Virus record (IMG/VR): IMGVR_UViG_3300021400_000028
Coordinates: 1 to 42,249 of that record
Direction: 5' to 3' (one strand)
Length of the DNA: 42,249 bases
Origin: a virus
Lineage: Duplodnaviria > Heunggongvirae > Uroviricota > Caudoviricetes
Shown here: one piece after another, positions 29,211-42,249 of the stretch
How positions within the stretch are numbered: position 1 is the first letter of the stretch
Layout: each line of letters starts with the position of its first letter
Notes under the pieces: generated by a model
What the model saw: the letters and a program-made list of their open reading frames with translations, nothing else
What the model was told of the DNA's origin: nothing
Database searches by the model: none
Made by a program: the position numbers and the translations under genes

Positions 29211-31422
29211 AGAAAAAGAAATTAAAAAAATAGACCAATGTATTGCAGAACTTGTTTATGATAAAGTTGCTTTAAGAAAGGCTTATAATTATTATCATGG
29301 GGTTCGTGATGCAGAACAATTTCGACATCTTGAAGAAAATTATGGTGTTGGGGTTCCTACTTCAGTTACCTTCACACCATTAATGAAAAAACATATTGAT
29401 GTTTTGGTTGGAGAATATCTTGAACTCGAACCGGACATGAAAGTAACGTGTAAAGATGAAGAAACTTGTTCAAAGATTCAAAGAGATAAACAATTAAAGA
29501 TTGATTCTGAAGTTTATAATTATATTCAAAAATATTTACAAAACGCTATTATAAATATTCTTTTAAATAGTCAAGAACCATTAAATGACCCATTTCTTGA
29601 AAAAGAACTTGAGAGAATTAAAAATGATGTTGAAAATTCATTTGAATCAGACTACGAAATAGCTGCACAGAATATAATTGAATATATTAAAAATAATCGT
29701 GAACTTGATATAAAAAACAAGTTACGTGAACTTTTGGTAGATTTATTTGTAGGTGGATCCATTTATTGAAGGTCGCGTCCTTCTGGCAATAAAAAGGCAC
29801 TTTGTTTAGATGTTCTTAATCCATTAGATACCTTCGTTGAAAGAAATCCTAATTCATTTTTCCTTAATAAATCACGTAGAGCTGTTATCCGAAGATGATT
29901 ATCTAAGGATGAGATTTTAGAGGAATTTGGAGAAGATTTATCAGATGAAGCTATTAAGAAAATTACAGGATATTTTACAGATGAATCGCGACATGATATA
30001 TCAGATCATTATATTATGATTCCTGTAAATGATTCTATTTTAGATGATGGAGAAAGACATCCTGGTCCAGGCCTCCTTGCTGGATTAGAAGCTCATCCTT
30101 TATATCCATTTGATAATCAATATAACAATTTTAACAATTATCGTAGACGTGTAATTCCTGTTTATGAGTGTCAATGACTACAATTTGATAAAAAACAAAA
30201 TCGTTCAGTATTACACGAAGGTATAAAAATTGGAGATGATGTCTATATAACAAATGGTGAGCCAGATTACTACATTAAGTCTCAATCTGATGGTCGCTCG
30301 TGTAAACTTAATATAAATGGATTGTTTTTCAATGATAAGAATGGACAACCATTCTCTTTAATTGCTAGTACAATAAATTTGCAGGATCGATATGACCTCT
30401 TGCTTTTCTATCGTGATTCTTTAATTGCTAGTTCTGGTACAGTTGGGGATTGGATTGATTTAGCTGCAGTACCAGCTGCTCTTGGTGTAGAAATGCCAGA
30501 AAGAATTATGAAATGGTTATCTTATAAGAAATCTGGTGTTGGACTTTACGATTCTTCTCAAGATGGTGCACAATTGATGAACACAACCTTTAGTGGATTT
30601 GATGATACTATAAAAGCACAGGCGATTCAGGCAATTCAAATTGCGATTGATTCAATTGAAAGTCAAGCGTCTGCAATATCAGGTGTTTATCCTCAAAAAC
30701 TCGGCCAAATTCAAGAAAGAGAAGCCGCTTCAAATGTTAAGGTTGGAATTCGTCAATCTAGTCTTGTTACAAAACAATATTTTTATATGATGGATTTAGT
30801 TCAACGTGAAGTTTTCTATGATTTATTAAATCTGTCAAAATATGTTTATAAAAACGGACTCACTGGAACAATTATTCTTGGAGATAGATATATAAAGACT
30901 TTTACCGCTTTACCTGAACATTATACAATGACTGATTTTGATATTCATTTATCTGATAGTTCTGAATCCTATCAAATGATGCAAGAAGCAAAACAGTTAA
31001 ATTTTGAACTCATTAAAGCTAATCAAGTTGATGCTGAAATGGCATTAGGTATTCTAACTGCTAAAAATGCAACCCAACTTAAGCATAGACTTGATACAGC
31101 TATTAAGAATAAAAAGGCTGAAAATAATATGATTGGTCAGTTACAACAACAGGTTCAACAGTACGACAATCAGATTAAACAAGACCAAAAGACAATTTCT
31201 GATCTTCAAAATGAAATTAAGAGACTTCAATCACAAGTCGAAGCCAATAATCAAGCTAAGATTCAACTTGACGCTCGTAGAGTTGCTACAGAAGAAAAAG
31301 AAGCTCGTGATAAGAAGGATTATAATGATAAACTTATCGAAGTTAAAGAAAAGCAGTTAGAAGCAGAAATAATGCAGATGTGGGATGGAAATCCTTATAA
31401 TAATCAAGTAAGAGACGTATAA
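29203..31422 (+). CDS. Portal protein, 739 aa (TGA=Trp)
   Basis: KAYNYYHG..., KHIDVLVGEYL, ISGVYPQKLGQIQERE and a C-terminal coiled coil; three TGA; follows terL. Confidence 0.9.
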
Positions 31423-32141
31423 TGGACCAAAGATTATTTATTGAAATTGGACTTAATAATCAAGGCAATATTCTTCCAGTCGATAACACTCCATATGAAC
31501 GCTGAGGTGAAGATATTCATAATCATGCTGTTATTGAGAGAGTATTTGATTCCGAAGAAAATGTTTTGGAAACAAGAATTAAAGAAATGGATCATTTTAG
31601 GGATTATGAGTATTTGAGACATACAGAACCTTTTGAAATAACTAATGATGGCCTGTATACATATCAGAAACTGATTATTCCTTTAAAAGAACATGTTGGA
31701 AATGCAAAGTTTTATTATTATGATGGAAGTTTATATGATGCATCTACAAATGAGACTTTATCTTTTGAAGAAGTTTGGGATAAAAAAGCAACTTCTACCA
31801 ATATGTTCTGATTCGATGAAGAAATATTTTCTATTTATAATTTGTTAGAATGTTTTATATTAACTGAACTTGCTCGTATAAATGACATGCTCAACAATGG
31901 TTGTGATGTAGAATGTTCTAGCTTTAATAGTGACACTAACGCTGATTTCTTAGGTGTTGTGATATTTGTTCTTTTGCATCTAATTAAAACAAGAGATTTT
32001 TATAATGCACAAAGAATATTAGATAGATTGAATACTTGTAACGGTTTGTGCAAGCATGTAAACGATAAACTTAAAGGATGTGGCTGCAATGGAAATGATA
32101 GTAAACAAATTGATCAGCGCTTTAGAAAATGAGGTTGATAG
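31422..32141 (+). CDS. Putative virion structural protein (Cys-rich C-terminus, CGC), ~239 aa (TGA=Trp)
   Basis: Joins ORFs 31566..31811 and 31842..32132; TAATG overlap with portal. Confidence 0.7.
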
Positions 32142-32280
32142 TATTAGTTATGGTCATCCGTTAAATAAGGATAACGTTGCATTTATGAAGAAACTTGTTA
32201 CACTTTGTATTTATGCGCATTTTATTGTTTTGGACGATAAAGAAGTATTTAAAATAATGAATTTATATGAACACTCATAA
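32080..32280 (+). CDS. Small hypothetical protein
   Basis: 66-aa ORF overlapping both neighbours. Confidence 0.6.
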   Translation: MAAMEMIVNKLISALENEVDSISYGHPLNKDNVAFMKKLVTLCIYAHFIVLDDKEVFKIMNLYEHS

Positions 32281-33169
32281 TCCACTTCCGTTTTCTAATC
32301 AGTTTGAACGTGGACATTCGTTTAATTGAGCAGGAGAATGAAAAGAGAATACTCATTATTTTAATAATCAATATGTAACGGACTTCATCTCTTTAGATGG
32401 AATGCTTCTTGCTTGCCGTAAGGATCATTTGTCTGAAAAACCGTTAAAACCAGAACCAATCTTACAAAATGGGGAAATCGTTGGAACTAGTTCTCCTTAT
32501 TGGATTTTTATTGCTGCCATTAATAGTCGTTTATATGTTCCTGAGTATGATGCTGAAACGAACTCTATTATTTTTACTTTAAAACAAAATAAAAATCTTC
32601 CTAATAAGATTATAACTCCTATTAGAGTTCGTATTTCTGAAGAACAAATCGAATTAATTAGACAATTGTGTAATCAGGATGCAGAAATATTAATAGACAG
32701 TAGAATTGAAGATAATCTTGGTGATAAAACGGATGTTGCTCCATCTCAAAGAATTGTAACGGATTCTTTAGAAGAATTAGACAATAAAATTGATGAAGTT
32801 AGTTCTAAGGCTATAGAACATGTCCAATTAGATGGAACTGAATTAGAAATTAATGATAAAACAGTTAATCTTCCAGCATATCCAACAACGCTTCCTGCAA
32901 GTGATGTTCATACTTGAGCTAAAAGTGAAATCAAACCATCTTATACATTAAAAGAAATACAAAATGCAGAAGATGTAAATGCTATTGAGGATATTCAAGA
33001 CAATAATGGATTACTTAAGAAAACAAGTAATGACACATGAGAACTTGATAAAAATACTTATATTACAGCAACCGATTACAGCGAAGTTGATTACGATGGA
33101 AGAAACTTCTATACAAAGAATGAAATAGATGCAAAGTTAGAGGCTTTAAGACAATTAATACATAACTAG
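32267..33169 (+). CDS. Tail-associated protein, 300 aa (TGA=Trp)
   Basis: N-terminal RGHSFNWAGEW..DFI..LLAC...H..YW module paralogous to the next gene; fibre-type modules (PTTLPASDV.TWAK). Confidence 0.75.
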
Positions 33170-33170
33170 A

Positions 33171-35273
33171 ATGGAGAAAAGCAATTTAGATTATAATAAA
33201 TCATATCATACATTCCATACAAGAGATTATTTTAGAGGACGATCTTTTAGATATGCTAGTGTATGAACAATGGGTGCACATTATGACAGCGATGACTATA
33301 ACGTTGATTTTGTTGTTCATGGACCAGTTCTTTTAGCCTGCAAACAAAGTCATAAAGCATCTATTGATAACGAACCTACAGAATATACATATGATACTTA
33401 CGGCAATCCCACAGATGTAATTTCTTCTTATTGGGATTTTGTATTATGCGGTATTCGTGGTAAAGATCCTGGAATTAGAATTAATCCAGATACTTTACAT
33501 TGAGAAGTATCTGATGATAGATTGGATCCAAATGCAGAATGAAGAGATACTGGTGTTAAGGCTAGATTTGAATACGAAGACTTAACGGATGATGATAAAC
33601 GAGATTTAATAAGTAACTTCATAACACAAGAACTTGGTCAAAATACAGATCTTGTAATTTCACAAAAAACTGTTACTGATAATCTTAATAGAATTGATTC
33701 TGCAATTGAAACTGAAATTGCAAATAGAGCTGCTGGAGATACACTTATAACAAACAATCTTAATGATGAAATTGAACGTGCACAGGCAGCAGAACAATCA
33801 TTAACTTCCAGTTCTTCTGATAAAACAATTGTTGTAAACAAAACAAATAGCGGAACTGATTTAAAAGTTAATATTGATGGAACAACAATAACTAAAAATT
33901 CTAATGGCGTTTTAGGTACTAATTTAGTGATCCAGAAACTTACAAACGTTACAGACAACACTGTTAGAGACGAATATGCTTTAATAGATGGGGCTGGAAA
34001 CTATAAAGGTGTAACGATAAAGGTTTATAAAGATTCTACTCTTAAAAGTGCTTCTTTAGTTACGATAAATAATAAAGAGTACCTTCGACTCATTTATATA
34101 ATGGAGGATGGGACTGAAAAAACAGTTGATACAGATTTTTCTAATTTCTTATCTAAAACTGAATTTAAAGACGGTCTTACTGTAAATGGAGAAAATGTTT
34201 CTGTTCTTCGTGACCCAACATCTGAATCATATTTATCTATCAGTTCTGCTGGTATTAAGATATCTGGTGTACAGAATGCGATTAACGCCTCAGTTAACAT
34301 AGAAACTGCAAGAGCTACTGGTGCCGAATCTGGATTAAATACCAAAATCGAAAATGAAATAACTCGTGCTACCGGAATAGAAAATGGGCTTAGAAGTGAT
34401 ATAACAACAATTAATAACACACTTCCTTTAAAAGCTGATCTTGTTAATGGTTTAGTTCCTGCAAACGAACTTCCTTCTTATGTAGACGATGTTCTTGAAT
34501 TTACATCATCTTCTGAATTTCCTCAAACTGGAGAAAAAGGTAAAATATACGTAGCTACTTCTACAAATCAAACATATCGCTGATCTGGATCTGTTTATGT
34601 TCCACTTTCCTCCCCTGTTGATGATGCTTTAAGTTCTACATCTTCAAATCCCGTTGAAAATCGTGTAATTAAGGCAAAATTTGATGCGCTTGATATAGCG
34701 ATTGCTGAAGCTGGATATAAACCAGATGAAGACGACATTACTGCTGATGCTAATAAGAAGTTGATGTTTAAGGATAAAGTTTATAACACTTCTTCTCCAA
34801 ACGGTTTGGGCTTTAAGTATCTTCGTTCTAATATTGTAAGCGGAAAGAATGTTCTCACTCAATCAATGATTAATCTTACAAATACAATATATCATCTTGA
34901 TGAAGATTATGATTTGAATAATGGTTCTATAACATTTGCTTCTGGCACGGTTCTTGATGTACACGGTGGCTCTATTAAGAACGGAACTGTAAATTTGAAT
35001 GGTGTAAAGTTCTTACATCCTGTTAATTGGGATACTTTCTTTGTTAATTGTACAATTACGGGTGTTCCTTCACCAGATACTCTTATTTATGAAAACGGAA
35101 GATGGAAATTCTATGATACTACTGGTGTTAAACGTAGATTTATGACAGAACCTGATTCTTGACCTGAATTAGAAACACTTAGTGTTGATCCTATGTCTGT
35201 AATATTTGACGCAGATGGTGGTACAGATTCTGTAGCTGTTACTACAAACGGAAGTGATTGGAGTATTGTTTAA
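33171..35273 (+). CDS. Tail-fibre-like protein ending in the N-half of a BACON domain, 700 aa (TGA=Trp)
   Basis: EI.RA repeats, LPSYVDDVLEF..TGEKGKIYV..YRWSGS, C-terminal LSVDPMSVIFDADGGTDSVAVTTNGSDWSIV*. Confidence 0.8.
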
Positions 35274-35276
35274 TAT

Positions 35277-35301
35277 AAGGGAGACTCCAATGTCTCCCTT
35301 T
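35277..35301 (+). terminator. Hairpin (terminator or attenuator)
   Basis: AAGGGAGAC..GTCTCCCTTT. Confidence 0.6.
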
Positions 35302-35315
35302 AATTTTATATAATT

Positions 35316-36533
35316 ATGTCAAATTGAATAAATACAACTAAAACTGCAGCTGGATGTACAGTTACTGCTAATGCACAAAATGATTTGAAACCTCGTTCTA
35401 CATCATTTAACGTTTCTAATGGAATGTCCTTTTCACGTCCAATTATTGTTTTTCAATCTGGAAAAGATTCTTATACAGTTCAGGATTTAATAAATTGAGG
35501 ATATGCTACTTATACTGTAAAAAATGGCTATGGTGTCATTGAATTAGACGTAAACGCTCCGTTTTACTTTTCAAGAATTACTAATTTTGACGATGTTGCT
35601 AAAGACATTGAAAGAATTAACGACGATTATCAAAACGTAGTTGTTTGAAAGAATGGTGTTCCTTTATGTATGACAATGGAGCAAATAGCAAACTGGTATT
35701 CTAATAATTCTATTCCAATTGTGGATTTATCAAGTACTGGAATTTCTTCTGGTCTGTTTGGAAAAATTGATTTTAGTTCACTTGAAGGTACATTTATACT
35801 TAAAATATCAACAGAAAGCCAGAATTTACGCTTTTATACTGGTCCTTTTATAACAAATTCAACATCTCCGAAAAAGTTTGCAATAAATGCAGAAAACGGA
35901 AGATTCGATACCCTCAGCGGAACATGTATAAACATGGAAGAATTAGAAGAATTTACAATACGAGCACATTCTCTTTTAGAAGACGAATCATATGTAGATT
36001 ATAATTATGTAACAAATTCAATGTCAAGTGCATTTCAAAATTGTAAGTCTTTAAAAGAAATTACTGGAGTTGTTTGCGCAGAAACACTAAGTGATCAGTC
36101 AATGGATTGACACTACACATTTTACCATTGTGATTCTTTAACTATAATCAAATCCGATATTGCAAAAACCGGAACATTGCGTATAAAAAACGGAAGTGGT
36201 TGTTTCAATTCTTGTAGTTCTCTTGTAACCATAGAACCAATTCTCGATTTTGTAAGCATACGTAATTCTACTTCTGTTATGTTTGCTGGCTGTATAAATT
36301 TAGAGAATGTAAAAATAAAGAATATTGACGGATATGATTATGATTTTACAAGTAATGATTTTCAAATTCCAAAAATGTCTTTAGAAAGTATGCAGTATCT
36401 TATTACTAATGCAAAAGAACAATCTGAAGAACGTAATTTAGTATTTAGTACATTACACGAAAGTGAATTAAGTAGCGATTATATTACAGCTGCTCAAAAT
36501 AAAAATTGAAAAATAACATTTAAAGAAGTTTAA
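35316..36533 (+). CDS. BspA/LRR-like putative receptor-binding protein with an N-terminal half-BACON, 405 aa (TGA=Trp)
   Basis: AFQNCKSL, TFYHCDSL, CFNSCSSL and MFAGCINL repeats; C-terminal ITAAQNKNWKI cap. Confidence 0.8.
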
Positions 36534-36535
36534 TT

Positions 36536-37774
36536 ATGTCTGAATGATATACACTTACTAAAAATAATAACAAGATTGATATATCTTGTTCTAGAAATAC
36601 ATCTAGTATGCCAAGAGCAGTTGTAGCTATGGTTCGTGGGCAAAAAAGTTATCGTCCTTTATTAATTAATCAGCTTGGTGTTTCTACGCACGAAGATAGT
36701 TCTGGAGGATCTATAATTGTTGATTGAGATACTAATGCAGTCACATTAGAGGTTCCATATGCAACAGCGGTTGCTTACGATAATTCTCTTTATACTTTTG
36801 GTGTTGTTTATGGTGGGAGTATAACATCATATTCAAATCCGTATCCTAATATGGTCGTTGATTTATATAGTTCCGTTGAAAGGATTGGATATAAAAACGG
36901 AGCTCAAAAAAATGCGATTAGATACACAAACGGAAATAATACAGCAGAATATTATTATATTTACTGATGTAGATCTTACGAAATTAAAGATAATCAGATG
37001 GTACCTAAAAACATCACGGCAATTTTAAGCGAAACTGCCGGATTTTATCGTGAAAGTAGATTTATTAAAGGTACTTTACCAGATGGAAAACATACTGCAA
37101 CAGAACTTGATGGAATTTATACATATGATCAACTATTAAACAGATTTGATAATTCTGAAGTGTTAGCAAATATTAAAACTGCAATTGACACTCGTGACAG
37201 AAATAACAATAATACGACTTATGATTATAAATGCGTTGTTGTAAGAACGTATCCTGTTCAATGGTGTACACTTTCTGGTATTTATTCTGGTTATAGTTAT
37301 ATAACAAATTTATTAATTGCACAAGAAAATGGATGAATCTTTGATACATCCATTGTATTTCCTTGGATGGACGATGGTATATCTTTTGGTGGAACTGGTT
37401 GAGTTAGTGATAGTCCAGATGGAGCCGGAAATGAATCTTCGTTAATTGACACTGGAACAGGTGGTATAAAAGGTTCTCGTTATGGTGGACAGGCCAGTTG
37501 TACTAGAACTATTACCGATGCTCAAGGAAATACTACATATACACCTACTGTAAGTTATAGTGCTTCTGGACCAATTGGTTTAAATAATAATTATACAGGT
37601 ACTTATGACGAAAACAATAGAAAAGTTACATTTGTTTGAGGAGAAGTTGGTTCCAGTCAACAAGATTCTAATATTACTGCAACTTTACAATATACAAACG
37701 TTTTGCGTGCAGATGGAACATCTACAAATATATCAGATTCTGTTAGTTTACGAATTGATAATGGTACATATTAA
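36536..37774 (+). CDS. Putative adhesin with an N-terminal half-BACON, 412 aa (TGA=Trp)
   Basis: MSEWYTLTK..ISCSRNTSSMPRAVV..LINQLG; one frame to TAA 37772-37774. Confidence 0.7.
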
Positions 37775-37780
37775 TAGTTT

Positions 37781-40700
37781 ATGGCTAAAATAAAACAACT
37801 AAGAGAAAATAACATTCCATTTTATCCTGTTACAATTCCAGATGCAATTGTTTTTGAGAATGGTGATAATTTGAACGAAAAGGTATCCAACTTAGAAAAT
37901 GAGTTGGATACCATTGAACAACTAATACCAGAACAAGCCAATCCTCAAAATCAATTAGCAGACAAAGAATTTGTAAACTCTTCAATTGCAACAAATACTG
38001 CACAGTTTAGAGGTACTTTTAACACACTTAATGAATTGAACGCAGTTGAAGCAGATACAAACGACTATGGATTTGTAGTAGATACAGATGCTTCTGGAAA
38101 TACTTTATATAACAGGTATAAATATAATGGAGACAGTTGAGTATTTGAATATACATTAAATAATAGTTCTTTTACTGCAGAACAATGGGAAGCTATTAAT
38201 TCTGGAATAACTACTAGTTTAGTTGATAAACTTACAGAGCTTCCAACTAATAGTCAATTAACAGAAACTTTTAATAGTAAAGCAGATAAAGCAACTACTG
38301 TTACTAATGTAGCATACTCAAATAATAAGATTACAAAAACTATCAATGGAGTTACTTCAGATGTTGTTTCTATTGATACTATTAAACATGATTTAAATTT
38401 AACTAAATCTGATGTTGGTTTATCAAATGTAGATAATACTTCTGATGCGGATAAACCAATTTCTATCGCTACTCAAAATGCTTTAGATGGCAAGATAGAT
38501 AAAGTTAACGGAAAAGGTCTTTCTACTAACGATTATACTACTGATGATAAGAACAAATTACATAGTATTGCAGACGGTGCTCAAGTAAACGTATTAGAAG
38601 GTGTTAAAGTAAATGGAACTGAATTAACTATTGATAATGAAAAGAAAGTTAATGTTATTGTTCCTACAAAAACCTCTGATTTAACAAATGACGATAATAC
38701 TGTAAAAGATCCGAATTATGTTCATACAGATAACAATTTTACTGATGTTTATAAGAATAAGGTTGATAATTCTCAGGAAAATGTAATTGAGCATATAAAA
38801 GTTAATGGTACTGAACAGCAAATAGTTGAAAAAACTGTTGATATAACAGTTCCAACTGATCTATCTGATTTAAATGATGATGCAAATCACCGTCTTGTTA
38901 CTGATGCTGAAAAGACTGCTTGAAATGCTAAATATGATAAACCTTCTGGAGGAATTCCAAAAGCTGATTTAAGTAATAGTGTACAACGTTCGTTGGATAA
39001 GGCTGACACAGCTTTACAAGAACATCAGGATATTTCTGGAAAAGCAGATAAATCGTCGTTAGCTACTGTTGCCACAACTGGTAAATATGAGGATTTGATT
39101 GGCGGACCAGATTTAACTGGATACGCTACTGAACAGTGAGTTACTAATCAAAATTATATAACAGACGTATCTGGTAAAGCAGATAAGTCTGAAATGTCTG
39201 TTTCTACTAATGGTGATAAGACAACAATCCAATTAAAAGCAGGAACATCTGCGACTGTAATAAATGCACATCAGGATATTAGTGGTAAACAAGATGTAAT
39301 TACTGATTTAAATACAATTCGTTCTGGTGCAGCTGCTGGAGCAACAGCATATCAAAAACCATCAACAGGAATACCTAAATCAGATTTAGCTACAGATGTT
39401 CAAACGTCTTTAAATAAAGCTGATACTGCTTTACAGTCACATCAGGATTTATCTCATATTACCAATTTAATTCCAACTCAAGCATCTTCTTCTAATCAGT
39501 TAGCAGATAAGGATTTTGTTAATTCTTCTGTTTCTACAGCAACTGCTACTTTTAGAGGAACAAGTGCTGCTGGATTAAACCAAACGCAGTTATTTAATTG
39601 AGCAAATGGTTTAACAAAAGATTTAAATGATTATGTATTCTGAAATACTACGGATAGTAATGGAAATACTGTTTATAAGCGTTATAAATACGATGGTACT
39701 AACTGAGTATTTGAATATGATTTAAATAACTCCTCGTTTACATCTGAGCAATGGTCTGCAATAAATTCCGGAATTACAAATACACATGTTACTAAGTTAA
39801 ATGGTATTGCTGATGGAGCGGAAGTAAATGTTCAATCTGATTGGAATGAAACAAACACTTCCTCTGATGCTTATATTAAGAATAAGCCAGCTAATCTTGT
39901 TCAGGACGCTAATTATGTTCATACAGACAACAACTATACTACTACAGAGAAGAATAAATTATCAGGAATTGCTTCTAATGCCCAGGTAAACGTTTTGGAA
40001 GGAGTTCAAGTAAATGGCACGGATTTGACTATTACAAACAAGAAAGTCAATGTTTCTGTTCCGACCAAAACATCGCAGTTAACAAATGATGATAATGTTG
40101 TTAAAGATGCTTCTTATGTACATACTGATAATAATTATACAACTACAGAAAAGAATAAACTGTCTGGTATTGCATCTGGAGCACAAGTTAATGTTATTGA
40201 AGGTGTACAAGTTAATGGAACAGATTTACCTATTACCACCAATAAGAAAGTAAACGTTGATTTATCTGGAAAAGTTGATAAAGTTTCTGGTAAGGGATTA
40301 TCTACATATGATGTTGTTGATTACGCTGTATTAATTGATTCAGTCAATGATAAAAGTGAAAGTCAAATAACATTACGTAGAACTGGTTCATCTGTAAACA
40401 ATAATGTTACTGTTGGTACTACCATTGCTGAAAAAACAAAAATTGAGAATAGTGTTACGAATGTTCAGATAAATGGCGTTACTCAAGCAAAGTCAGGAAG
40501 TGTTGTAAATCTTGATTTAAGTAATAAGGTCAATGTTGCAGAATCTGTATCTCGTACTGATGATGAATTTGTTTATCGTCAGACTGGTGATGGATTAGAT
40601 ATTGATGCTAATAATGCTAGAATTGATAAGATTAAGGGAAAGACGTTGGTGTGGAATCAGTTGGTAGAAAACGGTAATTTTGCAGACACATCTCATTGGA

Positions 40701-42249
40701 ATTTGGGCGATGGCGTACAATTATCTGTTTTTTCTAATGTCGCAACAATTTCTAAAAATGTAAGTGCTTATAATGGTGTTTTTATCGGAGAGGATATAAA
40801 AATTATACAGGGGCATAAATATATTTACTGTTCTTCTGTCAAGTGTAATAATACAGGAAATAGATTTCGTTTACTCCTCTATGGTGGTAGTTCCGCTCAG
40901 AATATTATTCCTTGGACGAACTACTCGGAGTGGACAAATGTCTCTTTAGTGTTTACAAGCGCAGCAACAAATAATGAATTTAGGCTTTATGCTGATAATG
41001 GTGGTGATAACACTCAAACAGTAAACATTTCTATTAAAAATGTTATTATTGTCGACCTAACTTTAATGTTCGGAGAAGGTAATGAGCCTACTACTGTTGA
41101 AGAATTTGAATCTATGTTTCCTGGTTATCATGAATATAATGATGGTAAACTTATTTCTAATGATGCTGAAAGTATTGAAACAGTTGGATTTAATCAGTGG
41201 GATGAAGAATGGGAACATGGAGATATAGAGGACAAAGGGATACCTTCAGATATTAATAACAATGTTCGTTGTAAGAATATGATTGAAGTGAAGGAAGGTA
41301 AAACTTACTTTGCTCATTCTAATTCTGGCGACTTTTATATTTGGGGAATGGATGCAAACAAGCAGCCTGCTATTCTTCTTGTTCATGACGGAAGAGATAT
41401 TGAGTTTACAATCCCAAAAGGAGTTAGGTATCTATATTTTTGCATGTGGACTAATTATGGCACCACTTACAACCACGACATATGTATTAATATTTCCGAC
41501 CCTGCCAAAAATGGTACTTATGAACCTTACAAGAAATCTAAAATAAATCTTAATCTTAATTCTTTTAAAGTTAAAGATAGTCAAGGAAATATTATTACTA
41601 TAAATGGTGGATTAAAGAGTGCTGGAAGTGTCTATGACGAGATTGTAGGGAACAAGTATATCAAGAGGATTGGTGAAGTAGATTTAGGAACACTAAATTG
41701 GGATATAAATACCTTACCTACATCACCAAATGGATTTAATGCATATTTTCATACACATGGATTGACTGTTGTTTGTTCAAAATATATATGTGTTCAATCT
41801 ATAACAAGTTCCGGTTGGGTGCAGCCATCTACTTTATACTACGGTCACTCAAATGACAATTATGGTATTGTAATTACTGAAAGTAATACAAAATATCCTG
41901 ATAGTAATACTTTTAAAACTGCTATGTCCGGTGTAATGCTCTACTACGAACTTGCAACTCCTATTGAATATGAAATTATAGCTCCAACTAATTTTGATTA
42001 TCCAGTAGATAAATTAGGAACAGAAAGAGTTATTTCCGATACAGTTCCTACCCCTCCTTTCCGTGCTGATATTACTTATCATGAATCCAATATCAAAGAT
42101 ATTGAAATAGAAGGAATAACTGAATATCTAAAACGTAGTGAACTTAGTGATTGAATAACTTCTAATAAACCAACTTATTCGTTGTCTGAGATTACTAATG
42201 CTGATGATGTTAAAGCGATAGAGAATTTAACTGGAACAGGATTGTTAAA
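37781..42249 (+). CDS. Long repetitive tail fibre with a carbohydrate-binding-like module, partial (>1480 aa, TGA=Trp)
   Basis: Three ORF-track fragments share one frame that continues to the window end; repeats NQLADK.FVNSS..FRGT..RYKY (x2), YVHTDNN.T (x3) and KPS.GIPK.DL (x2). Confidence 0.85.

Noticed and set aside
26647-31422. Selenocysteine or a Mycoplasma-like code-4 host
   Set aside because: TGA falls at Trp motifs rather than Cys; early genes use TGA as stop, and promoters are Bacteroidota-type
10641-42249. Widespread pseudogenisation or introns explaining the fragmented ORFs
   Set aside because: Fragments stay in frame, are separated only by TGA at Trp-type positions, and include essential genes (terL, portal)
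37781-42249. Diversity-generating retroelement target repeats
   Set aside because: Repeats are in-frame protein modules with synonymous divergence rather than adenine-specific changes; no reverse transcriptase in the window

Overview
The window is a 42-kb segment of a crAss-like (Crassvirales-type) phage, probably infecting a Bacteroidota host, and it uses two genetic codes. From about 1 to 9.9 kb the minus strand carries small early-type genes in the standard code, where TGA is a real stop and Trp is TGG. These genes are interspersed with much structured non-coding RNA: a free-standing group I intron-like core (~790-1256), a ~770-nt GOLLD-like RNA (~6122-6890), a type III hammerhead ribozyme (8794-8848) and several repeated hairpin families. 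A plus-strand island inside this region has 21-bp-phased iterons and a winged-helix Rep-like gene that needs TGA=Trp. From about 10.6 kb onward most genes are only intact if TGA is read as Trp (code 4), so the supplied ORF track is fragmented there. That part encodes modular polymorphic or cargo-like proteins (LysM, ART-like, P-loop kinase, lysozyme plus M15 peptidase) punctuated by a recurring K/Q-x-G-G motif, a fimbrillin-like lipoprotein, lysis-type genes, a PD-(D/E)XK nuclease, GroES, large terminase, portal and tail-fibre/adhesin genes with a BACON domain split between genes. All family calls come from manual translation and motif recognition; no searches were run. No tRNA, including a TCA suppressor, was recognised in the window.
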